DNA of 62,598 nt, the filler included, from Collodictyon triciliatum (Eukaryota): NCBI GenBank assembly GCA_043381765.1. It is 5 parts of 4 records of this genome, joined end to end, with 100 filler letters (N's around TTAATTAATTAA, not from the genome) between each part and the next. Parts side by side here need not be neighbours in the genome. Positions count along the whole stretch, not along the records: positions 1 to 21,181 come from JBHJMP010000085.1; positions 21,282 to 33,154 come from JBHJMP010000086.1; 3 more parts are not named here. One strand, written 5' to 3'. Positions 11,283-21,451 of the stretch are shown in pieces. Position 1 is the stretch's first letter. Each line of letters opens with the position of its first letter. The translations under genes were made by a program, and so were the position numbers. Under the pieces are notes generated by a model. That model saw nothing but the letters and a program-made list of their open reading frames with translations. It ran no database searches and was not told where the DNA came from.

Positions 11283-14200
11283 ATGCAGAACCCCTTACGG
11301 AACCTCATGCCCAACCACGGGGGCGGCTTTCGTCTCAACCACGTGCCGCTTCCAGAAGTAGAGATGGACCCGATCGAAAACGACGCGGCGGAGATACAGC
11401 CCAGGGTCGGTGCGGAGATGGAGACCGACTCCGGAACCGAGTCTGAGAGGGAGGAACAAGCGGCGGGCGAAGCGGAGGCAGAGGCGCAGGTGCCTGCCGA
11501 CTACTTGCTGCCCAGAAGACAGCGGCAAAGACAGCAGCAGACGCAGCAGGCGCTGGCATTTAATAATAATACTCCGGAGGAGTCATCGATTGTGGAGGTG
11601 ACATTTCCGGACGATCTGCAGCGACTGGAAGGCTGCTTCCTGCTGAGATCGCTCAAGCTGTGGCGGTGCACGGCCAACGGACTGGGCCTTCTGAAGGGCC
11701 TGACGTTTGTGCCGCGGCGGCTGCAGCACCTGGGCGTGGAGCTGGACCAGAGCGAGGTGCTGCCAAGGACGCTGCGCCGGTTTGTGGAGCTGCAGAGCAT
11801 CACGCTGGCGCTGCACAGGGACATGCGCATGCACAACCGTCAGCCGACGTTCCAGGACAGTCATCTGGCGCAGTCGCTGGGCAGACTCCAGATGCTGCCC
11901 CGCCTGCACACGCTGACGCTGCGGCGCTTGGGGCTGCGCACGGTGCCGCTGGCCGTGACGCGCCTGCCCGCCCTGGCCGTGCTGGACATGGGAGGCAACG
12001 ACCTGAGAACGCTGCCCGAGGCGCTCTTTGAGATTCCAACGCTTGCCCACCTGCATCTGGACGGCAACAACAGAATCGACGTCCTCATCCAACACCTCCT
12101 GGAGCTGCTGACCTCATCCCCGGCGGTGGCGCGCGCACGCTGCACTATCCGCCTGCTGCAGAGCCCGCCTACCGATGCGGCCCCTGGCATGAATGCTGTT
12201 GCTAATGCTGATGCTGATGCTGATGCTGGTGTAGGTGTAGGTGTAGGTGCAGGTGCAGTCAATCTGCGCGTCCATCTGCAGTGCTGGGACGCAACGCTGG
12301 CCGTGGCCACCCGCGACCCGGTGCTGCTATGCGCGCAGCTGGACCGCTTCCTTTTCGCCGGGCATACGCCCATCCGCCGGCTGGTCCTCGAGCGCTGCAA
12401 TCTTACCAGCATTCCGGACCACGCGCTGATTGAGCAAGTGGACGCGCTGGACTTGTCCAACAACCGCCTCGGCTGTATCGACGAGGACCTCCCCCGCCTG
12501 CGTGCCCTGCGCACCTTCTACCTAGCCGAAAACACTCCCGAGCTCCATACCCCGCGCCTTGCAGAGTTCCTCGCCTCGCTCGATCACTACGAAATCACCC
12601 GCACTCGCACTGACCTTGCGTCTGTCTCTGCCCTCCTGCCCTTGGCCCACGCCACCGGAAACCGTCTGCGGCTCGACCGGGATGCACCCACCTCCGATGA
12701 GTCTGCCTCCTCGCTGCGCGCCTTAGTAATCGAGCGCTGGGCCGGCCCCGCATCGGCCGTCATTTCGCGTCTGATCCGCGCCACAAACATCACGCGCCTC
12801 GCCATCCGAAAGTCTCCGGCCCTGTTTGCAACTTACAAGCCCCTCCCCACCCTCATCGACGGCATCTCGCGGATCAAAGTCCTTGACATTTCGGAGAACA
12901 CAATACACGAACTCAAAGAGGTCTCCTCAAACGTTGTCGACCTCCTTGTTGCTGGTAATCTCCTTGCTTCCATCGACTTTATAGTCAGGATGCACAGCCT
13001 CGTCAAGATCGACTTTACAAACAACAACGTCGCTCATCTACCCAGTGCTTCTGTCTTATCGGAGTCCACCCTCCCAAACCTTCGCATTGTCCATGGAAAC
13101 AGAAACCAACTCACAAATATCGATCCATTCCTTCAACTAACTTCCCTCTCCGAAATGAGCTTCACAGGGAACATGATTACTGACCTCAATATCGAAGTAC
13201 AGCACCATAAAATCGAGAGCATCAACTTGCACGGGAATCGTTTGTCATCCTTGACCCTCACGGACCTTTCGTCCCTTACCACCGTCGATGTCTCCTCCAA
13301 CGAGATCAAGGAGCTTCATCTTTCTGAAAACATCGCCGCAACTTTGGAGAGTTTCCATCTCGAACGAAACGAACTTACATCCATCCCTTATGTCATCAGT
13401 ACGTTGACGCGCCTGACAGACCTGGACATGTCGCACAATCGCATCTCCACAATCCCAGATTTTTTGTCACTCATAAAGTCCATCAGAATCATGGCTTTCG
13501 TTGGGAATCAGATCACAGAGCTGCCAGATATCTTCAATGATATCAAAGGTCTGATCTCCTTGTCCTTGGGCGCTAATCTCCTCTCCTCCTTGCCCGACAG
13601 TATCACTAGTCTCTATCGCCTAGAATATCTCAACATTTCTTCAAACAAGTTCTCGGGCATCCCAGATGAAGTGGCTCTCATGCGAAAACTAAACTGCCTC
13701 GACGTCCAAAACAACTTGTTTGATTCCATCCCAGAAAATATATCATCTTTCCTCTCCATCCGAAACATCCAAATCGATCTCAGATCGCATAAGGAGGAAC
13801 AGAGCCTCTGGGAAAACTACCTTTCCAGGAATAGAGAGCTAACCATGGCCCAAGGGTTTTCCCTTACCACGTTGTGCCATTTTACAAGATACCTGACCCA
13901 CTTGACAAAATTGGACCTTTCAAACAACAGGCTTCGCACATTCCCACAAGAAATCGAATACCTCACAAATCTCCAGGACCTTTGTCTGAAAGAAAATCGC
14001 ATCACTTCGATCCCTTCGTTTCTCAGTAAACTCACAAAGCTCTCTAAATTCGATATGTCACAAAATAGTCTGGCTATCATATATGACCCTTCTTTGTCTC
14101 GTAGCCGTGATGAAGTTGAACAATGGTACAATCAGCACAGCGTCGGTCAGTTTCTTCGCCCAACATCCTTATTCTTTCGTCTCTATCTTTTATATAAACA

Positions 14201-17200
14201 GGGGAAAATCCCACCGTTCTTTCACATATATTTTATACGAGAAATTTATTTGTTCATTTTTTCTTATTTCTTTGCGATTTCCTATTTCCTTTTTATTTGA
14301 ACCTTCATCTTTTTATTTTTCGTTTCATCTTTCTTTTTTTTTTGACTTGAACCTTTGTCTCTTTTTTTTATATTAGTATGGCAATTATTTTTTTATTTAT
14401 AATACAATTTTTAATCATATTTAAATTATTGCATTTATTAAAATTAAAACTATAACCATTCTTCATAGCTATCCCCCCAGAGCTCTGCTTGTTAAATTTG
14501 ACTTCTTTCATGGTCGGGACAGACTCCTATGACAATCCAGTCATTGAGCACATGGCAAAACTAGTTCTGAGTCGAAGGGCAATATCTTACTCCGAAAACC
14601 GAAACTCTGTCGCCATCCTTCGAATCCTTAATATCTTGGCTTATCTTCGTAAAACAAAGATTCGAGACTACTGTTTACCAATTATGTATGACTATTATGC
14701 AACCACGCTTTTACAGAAAGAGGCCCAAAACTTTGAAGATACTCGTGGAATCTACGAGGTGCCCTTTTTCTATATCAAAGAGGCAAATAAGGCTCGAGCA
14801 AAACACTTTTTATCGCAGCCTTATACTTCGAAGAAATCTCATGATATCTGGTATAACCGCTCCGATAAGTCATTTATAGACAAGGAAATGTATATCGGCC
14901 CTGGGCTTGCCGGTGATAATCGAAACTGGGAAATTCTGATCAGCGAAGCCCGTCCCGCCCCAAATCCCAATGAAAATCCCAATGCAAATGCAAATGCCAA
15001 TGCAAATGCCAATCCAAATGCCAATGCAAATCCCAATGCAAATGCCAATTTCAATCCAAATGCAAATGCCAATGCCAATGCAAATGTCAATCCAAATGAA
15101 AATAATGCAGTCGACGCACCAAACATTGCTCGTACCGCGGAGCGCAGAAAGCATACATTCAAATATAAGATGTATGACTCTCAGGTCATCAAAATCATAC
15201 ACTGGTTTCACAGCTCGTCCTCTTGGTTCAAATCCCCATCTGGCAATTTTTTCATTTACTTTGTCTTTTACGCCATGTTTTTGATCATTTTGTCTTTATA
15301 TGCCACCTACCAAAACAACATGTACGACGTCGCCTCTGTGCATTTGACAAAAAAATTGAAAGAAACTTTCGAAGCGGACACAAACTTGGAGAACGGAATA
15401 TACAAGTATTTACAAGACGTTTATATACCCATGGCCTTTCAAGGGTGGAGACTCTTTGGAAACCAGTCTCAGTATCAAAAAGATACTGACTATACGTCCT
15501 ACTATCGTTTGGCTGGACCTATTCGCATTCGTCAACTCCGCTCGGTTATAGAAAAGTGTCCTGATATTCCTCCAGTTTATTTGAATCCCAGTTCAGGAGA
15601 CAAGAGTTTTACATGTGTTCCACCATTTGGAAGAACATATGAAGACCGTAAAGACTACGGTTCTCAAGACATCTTTAGATGGAAGAGCGAGAACGACATC
15701 CATGGTATTTACATCTATGGGAAGTTGAACACCTGGTATCACGGTGGCGGATTTAGTGAGGATTTACCAACTACAGAAGATGCTGCTATTAAGCGTGTCG
15801 ATCAGCTCGAATCCAGTGGATTTGTGGATGTACAGACACGAGCTGTATTCTTACAGAGCTTGATTGCATCCGATAACTCAGGATTAATGTCTTATGTAAT
15901 CTTGCTGATAGAGTATCCTGCATCTGGAGGGAATATCGTGTCAACACACTTGTATACAATCTCGCGAGAGAATTTCTCTGATGTTCATGACAATAAGATC
16001 TACATTATCACAATCATATTGCTGGTGTATGGACTTACCTTCCTTATTCATGAGATTGACCAAGCCAGTGAAGAAGGGGCTACTTACTTTCGTTCCCTGT
16101 GGAACCTCAATGATTGGTTTATTATCACCTTGGTATTGTTAGTCGCAGGTATTCATTTTTACATAGACTCTGTCGTCGATGCGCACTATCATGTGAATCA
16201 GCTATCTACAAGTGATTTCCATGCGTATCTTCAAGTGACGCGTTTGGACCGTATCAAACAAGTTGCACTCAGTGGTCTCCTCTTCTTTTCGTGGATTCGA
16301 ATCCTCTACTTTGTTCAAACATTCGAGAAGCTTGGTATTCTGCTGACTGTCATATACAATATGATTGGTGAAATGACCATATTTATTGTTTTGTTGGTCA
16401 TATTTATGTTGGCTTTTGGTTCAGCTCTCTTTGTGGACGTTGGTCGTGAAGTTCTCCAAATGTCATCATGGCAAGATGTGGGTTACAGCTTTGGATCTTT
16501 CATGTTTGGAGAACTCAATTTCGATCCCATCAACGAAGCGAGTCCTGTCCTCGGACCCATAATCTACTTTGGGTTCCTTTTTACCTTCAACATCCTTCTT
16601 ATTAATCTCTTAATTGCTGTATTAAGCCACAAGTACGATGAAATCGTAGAAGACTCAAGAAGAGAATATGAGTTGGTCTTTAGTGACCTCATCCTTGAAA
16701 TGCAAGAAGACGCACTACATGCCCCATTGAACATAATCTTGCCATTGAGACCTTTATTCCAACTATTACGTGGCCTAGCTTTGATTTTATTTGGATATAT
16801 CCGCAGGCCAATACAATGGGGTATGTTTGAAAGAGGCGAATGCTGGTCATTCTTGGAGTACAAGGAAGGGACTCTGAAAAAGAAAGACTTTTTCACAAAG
16901 TATTTCATTCCTCTCTCAATTTTTAATAACAGAACAGACATATTTGGAATCAGGAATGTGACCTTCCCAATCGACTTTGTGACCGGACTAGTGGGCATCC
17001 TCTTGAGCGTCGTCTTTACTCTTTTTTCTGTTCTTTTTTCTTCTCTGTGGTTCATGATTAAATTCACATACAAGGGTACGCTTTTTTTTTGATTTGATAG
17101 TAGAAAAAAGTATATATTTCATAATAGAGTTAGGTATTGGATGTATTTTTTACCATGCTTTTTTTATTTACAGTTATATATTTCTCTGGTGTGTAGCTAA

Positions 17201-19452
17201 CTAGCATTCTCTTGTTGTACTAATAGTTACCAAGTTCGTTATTCAGTTCTTTTTCAAGGACGAAAACAAGTATATTTATTTAATTTTCAATAGAAACATT
17301 TTTTTTGAAGAAACATAACCCAATCGAATCTAACAAAATAACATTTATATTTTACAACCATCAATCTAGTGACAAGGATGAGGTAATCTATCGACAAATA
17401 CCATATAAGACGTTTTTGCATTTTAATTTAGGTCAGATTGCCATTTTAAACTGACTAATATTTGCATACACGAACAAAAGGCTGATGACACGAGGAGAGT
17501 GGGTGAAAATGACATGGATGCCGCTCAAACTGAAGAGGGTATTGTCGAAATAGCCTTTTCTTTTTATGTCAATATGCACAGATATGGAATGATTATATCG
17601 GCACTTCTCTTTGCACCGTTGTGGTATCTGGCATTCCTTCTTGCTTATCCTTACCTTATCTCCAGAAAGGTACCAATTTATTCTGCTTCAGATCTAATGT
17701 CATATAAGTGATGTACTCCTTTTTTTTGTTGTATTGTATGGTGTTGTATTGTTTGTTTTGTCTTGTTTCTTTCTCTTTATTCAGAATTGTGCACCTTTTT
17801 CACTCGCTAATTTTTTCATTTTTCTTTTGCTCGAATACCGTGCGGCATACATCAATCTCATATAACAGAAAAGAAAAGGTGACTATTTAGAGATAGTTAT
17901 TATTGAAAAGGCATCACCGATACTCACATACATACATTTAGCTTGCTCATTCGTTAACCAACTATGCTCCAAAATGAATTTTAACTTGCGCTTCATTTTT
18001 TTAACGTCGGTTCTATTGTCTAGCTCAAGAACTCTACAACGGGAATTCGGATACGTACAAATTTGACATACGCCATGAATTGGTTATTCCCACTGCTGGT
18101 AAATACTGCTTGTTTAAGGATGCCATGAGCATTTACCAGTCACAAGGAATCTATTACTTTGAAATTCAGCTTCTCTCTACTGGAAACCTGGTTATTGGAT
18201 TTCGTAACTCGGACGGTGGTGACGTTATCGCAAATCATGATACAAATCATAGCCTAGATAGAATCGACCTAGATAGTAATACATTTGTTTTTGGAATCGG
18301 AGTATGGAAACAGGGCGATGAGACCATCTTCTTTAAGGCTGTAAACGGGAAACCAACAAGAATAGACCCGGCAATCAATGGGAATAGATTCAGAACATTA
18401 ATTCCATACGTATATACACAATCCCAGGGCGTGGTTGCCCGAGTAAATCTTGGAAATCGGCCAACCATGATTGATTTTGTAAGCAGCCAGCCCAGAATCC
18501 AAAGAAATAATTTGGTATTGTATGAAAAAAACGAAACCTTCATTTCGAGGGACGGCCTTTTTTGCCATTTTCATTGCCAGGATAAACTTAGTGTGGCCAT
18601 CGGTGAGTTTCCCTTGGGCCTTAATATCGACCACTCAAAGAAATTTGAAATCGACATACCAACGAACAAGAACTCTAAGTGGCAAACATATGTTTTCACG
18701 AAAGTCTTTGATAAAGTCAAAGAAATTCGCAACTACGGCCAGTTTGATGGATACGAGTTTTCTGTTCATATTTACAAGTATTTCAAAGGCACGGACATCA
18801 TCTTTGGGTTTACAAATGAGAAGCCGAGAAAGCGCACTTATACACCAGATTTTGTTGACCAATCTCGCAGACTATTTTGCGCAAACGTCAGTGATGCAGG
18901 AATTATTACTGTTCGCAAGATTAATATGTGAGTATATATCTTTTCCAAATAAAAAATGCACCAGTTCATGACAAAAAAAAATAATAATTTTTTTTATAAA
19001 CATACAGAAACACCCAAGCCTGGAGACCGAACAATATATGTGTTGATTTCATGCGCGAATTCATGCGAGATAACATTATTCTTAAGGCTAGAATCTCACA
19101 TAACTTGGATTCTGTGCATTTCCAGCTGCAGCACATCGAGTCAAGTGTTTGCTCGCCCATATTCCAAATCCCATGTGACCCGTTCGACTGGCGCTTTGAA
19201 TCCATACGCCCCTTCGTCGCGGTGGTTTGCGATGGAGTTGTGTGCCGTGCCGACTTTGAAAACGAAGGAGGCAATGGGCTCAAGAGCGATGCCAATACTG
19301 GTAACAGTCCCGACCCTACGCCGTCAGGCATGAGTGATAAACTAATGACTGAATGGTTCCCTGAGAATGACACCGTCTACTCACCAGAGCAGTTCTATCT
19401 CTCACGATACGTGCTTTCCACCAAATCACAAGCCCCTGTTTGTCCGAAATAG
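11283..19452 (+). CDS. Large LRR - TRP/polycystin-type cation channel - SPRY-like domain protein (predicted 8 exons, 2,357 aa)
   Basis: Predicted exons 11283-14145, 14469-17075, 17227-17269, 17370-17382, 17481-17669, 17869-17878, 18024-18927 and 19008-19452 are all GT-AG and phase-compatible (7,074 nt). There are many LxxLxLxxNxLxxLP repeats. Polycystin TOP-domain motifs: [25 protein letters not shown]. Also [11 protein letters not shown] and pore/S6 [21 protein letters not shown]...[11 protein letters not shown]-terminal SPRY-like motifs: [17 protein letters not shown] and RVNLGNRP. Confidence 0.85.
14960..15105 (+). repeat. Coding hexamer repeat (AATGCA/AATGCC/AATCCA)n encoding NA/NP dipeptide runs
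   Basis: Translates as [48 protein letters not shown] within the channel gene. Confidence 0.9.
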
Positions 19453-19934
19453 GGGAAACAACATGCCTTTCATACAAGCGCGCCTTCCAAACCATCCTGG
19501 CAGCTCGCTTATGGGACACACAATAATAAAAAAAGAAAAAGAAAAGGAAAAAGGACAAATGACCATTCCTCCATGAAAAGCCGCATCGTCTCTTTTAAAT
19601 AAAGCTTGTGTGTCGGCACTTCGGCCACGAATTCCCTTGAAGAAAAGGTCATCACCCCACACACTCGTTCCTTGCTACCACACTGGCGGTTGTACAAGTG
19701 CTAAGCACCATATTATCGCTCGCGACAACAGATGCATTTCTATTTATTTGTCTTCCCTCACAGGCGCCAGTGCCCTGCCGACAGACATTAGTTGTGTGAT
19801 GTGATATTATGAATTTTCCTATTTGTAACAAACAATAAACAAAAACGATGATGATGTTGAATAACCCAAGAATTTTATTTTTCTTCATGATTATTTGCAC
19901 AGGGCAGGCCCGTGATGTTATCGGTATAATTTCG

Positions 19935-19973
<39 letters not shown>

Positions 19974-20137
19974 TCATTTATTCGTGTTCGTGATTTCTAA
20001 CCAAAGGTCCTTAAAATGTAATGAATTTTAAGTGGAAAAAAAAAACGTTTGTCCGCCTGTCGTTCATTAAATGTTGCTTGGCTCTACAATTGGTGGCCAT
20101 ATCTAGTGCGCGAGGTTCTCAAACATACGTTGTACTG

Positions 20138-21003
20138 TTACAATGTGTTCCATGATGTCGTGTTGATTCCTGTTAACTCAGTCAAGTCATCATTGTACTC
20201 TTTGAAGAATTCAAGAAGCCGTTTTCGGATTGAAAGGGGCATTTCTACATAGTCGTTATTGCGAATGTTCATATCCCCGTGACCTTCGAGGAATGTGTAG
20301 TCATATGGCTCGAGGCCCTACATAATTGGAAGTCAATAACCGTGGTGTTTGCTAGCAGAAGGCAGGTTGCTACCAACAGAAAGTAACACACGAGCTAATC
20401 ACTACGAAATATGCATGTGTTGACAGAATGTAACAAAAAAATAAGAAAAAATGAGGATATGATGTCCGTCACAAACCAGAAATTCGGTCAGCTCATTCAT
20501 TATTTTTGGTGTGTTCTCAAAGAAATCTTCACTTTTTATGACATAAATATCTTCTTTGGCAAAAAACTAGATTCGATATATATATATATATTCAATAATG
20601 CAATTTAAGGGTGGGTAACTTTATGTAACACCAGCAAGAAGGCTGAGTAAAATGAGAAGGTTTTATTATCATGAAACTTACCTTGTAGTACGTTCGAATC
20701 GACTCTGCATAAATACCGTGAGCTATGACAGTATGCCAATGTGCGTTGCGAGCAAAAGTCTTATACGCCGCCTTTTTAGGATACTTGTACAAGTAGCAAG
20801 CCCAGACATATTCGGTAAAGCCTGCTTGTAACACACTTGTAAATAATTTCATACGTTTGTTAAAAGAAAGTTTACAGATACTCTTTCTACTCAATATGAT
20901 ATAATTCAGGTGTGCATGTGAAGCCAAATCAACCATAGACATCAAAGGTTCCTCGACACTTTTCTATGCTTGACATTTCCATTCTAGATAGGGTAAAAGC
21001 ACA
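20138..21003 (-). CDS. Sulfotransferase family protein (HS3ST/NDST sulfotransferase-domain-like), C-terminal part only; 5' lost at scaffold end
   Basis: Minus-strand exons read HGIYAESIRTYYK, FAKEDIYVIKSEDFFENTPKIMNELTEFL and GLEPYDY...IRKRLLEFFKEYNDDLTELTGINTTSWNTL*. This matches the C-terminal half of heparan-sulfate-type sulfotransferases. The 5' PAPS-binding motif is not in the window. Confidence 0.7.
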
Positions 21004-21103
21004 CTGTCACCGAACAAAACCATATCACTATCACATGGATGATTTCGCATATAAAATTATAGGAGCTAATCAATGAGAAACAGGTGGAAAACAAAATGTT
21101 GGA

Positions 21104-21108
<5 letters not shown>

Positions 21109-21181
<73 letters not shown>
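21109..21181 (+). repeat. (AG)n microsatellite at scaffold end
   Basis: Direct observation. Confidence 0.95.
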
Positions 21182-21281
21182 NNNNNNNNNNNNNNNNNNN
21201 NNNNNNNNNNNNNNNNNNNNNNNNNTTAATTAATTAANNNNNNNNNNNNNNNNNNNNNNNNNNNNNNNNNNNNNNNNNNNN
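21182..21281. other. Artificial scaffold-joining spacer (44N-TTAATTAATTAA-44N)
   Basis: Exact 100-nt cassette with an all-frame-stop core at 21226-21237; the flanking genes are truncated or unrelated. Confidence 0.9.
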
Positions 21282-21451
21282 ACAAAAACAAAAAAACAAA
21301 AAAAAAAAACAAAAACAAAAACAAAAACAAAAACAAAAACAAAAACAAAAACAAAAACAAAAACAAAACAAAAAACAAAACAAAAAACAAAAAACAAAAA
21401 AAACATAAAACAAAAATAAACAGTCTCGCCTGTTTTTTTTTTTCTAGTGCC

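Noticed and set aside
11295-12514. Overlapping antisense and alternate-frame ORFs in the LRR exon
   Set aside because: These are the shadow ORFs expected in GC-rich coding sequence and show no recognisable motifs.
14960-15105. Horizontal acquisition of a Plasmodium CSP NANP repeat
   Set aside because: It is an irregular NA/NP hexamer slippage in a microsatellite-prone genome, with no other CSP features.
19460-19930. Possible ncRNA or small gene between the channel gene and the sulfotransferase
   Set aside because: No convincing hairpin, box motifs or spliceable ORF; it is compatible with convergent 3' UTRs (AATAAA near 19598).
21226-21237. TTAATTAATTAA palindrome as a piggyBac TTAA target or regulatory element
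   Set aside because: It is always embedded symmetrically in 44+44 Ns at four places, so it is an assembly spacer.
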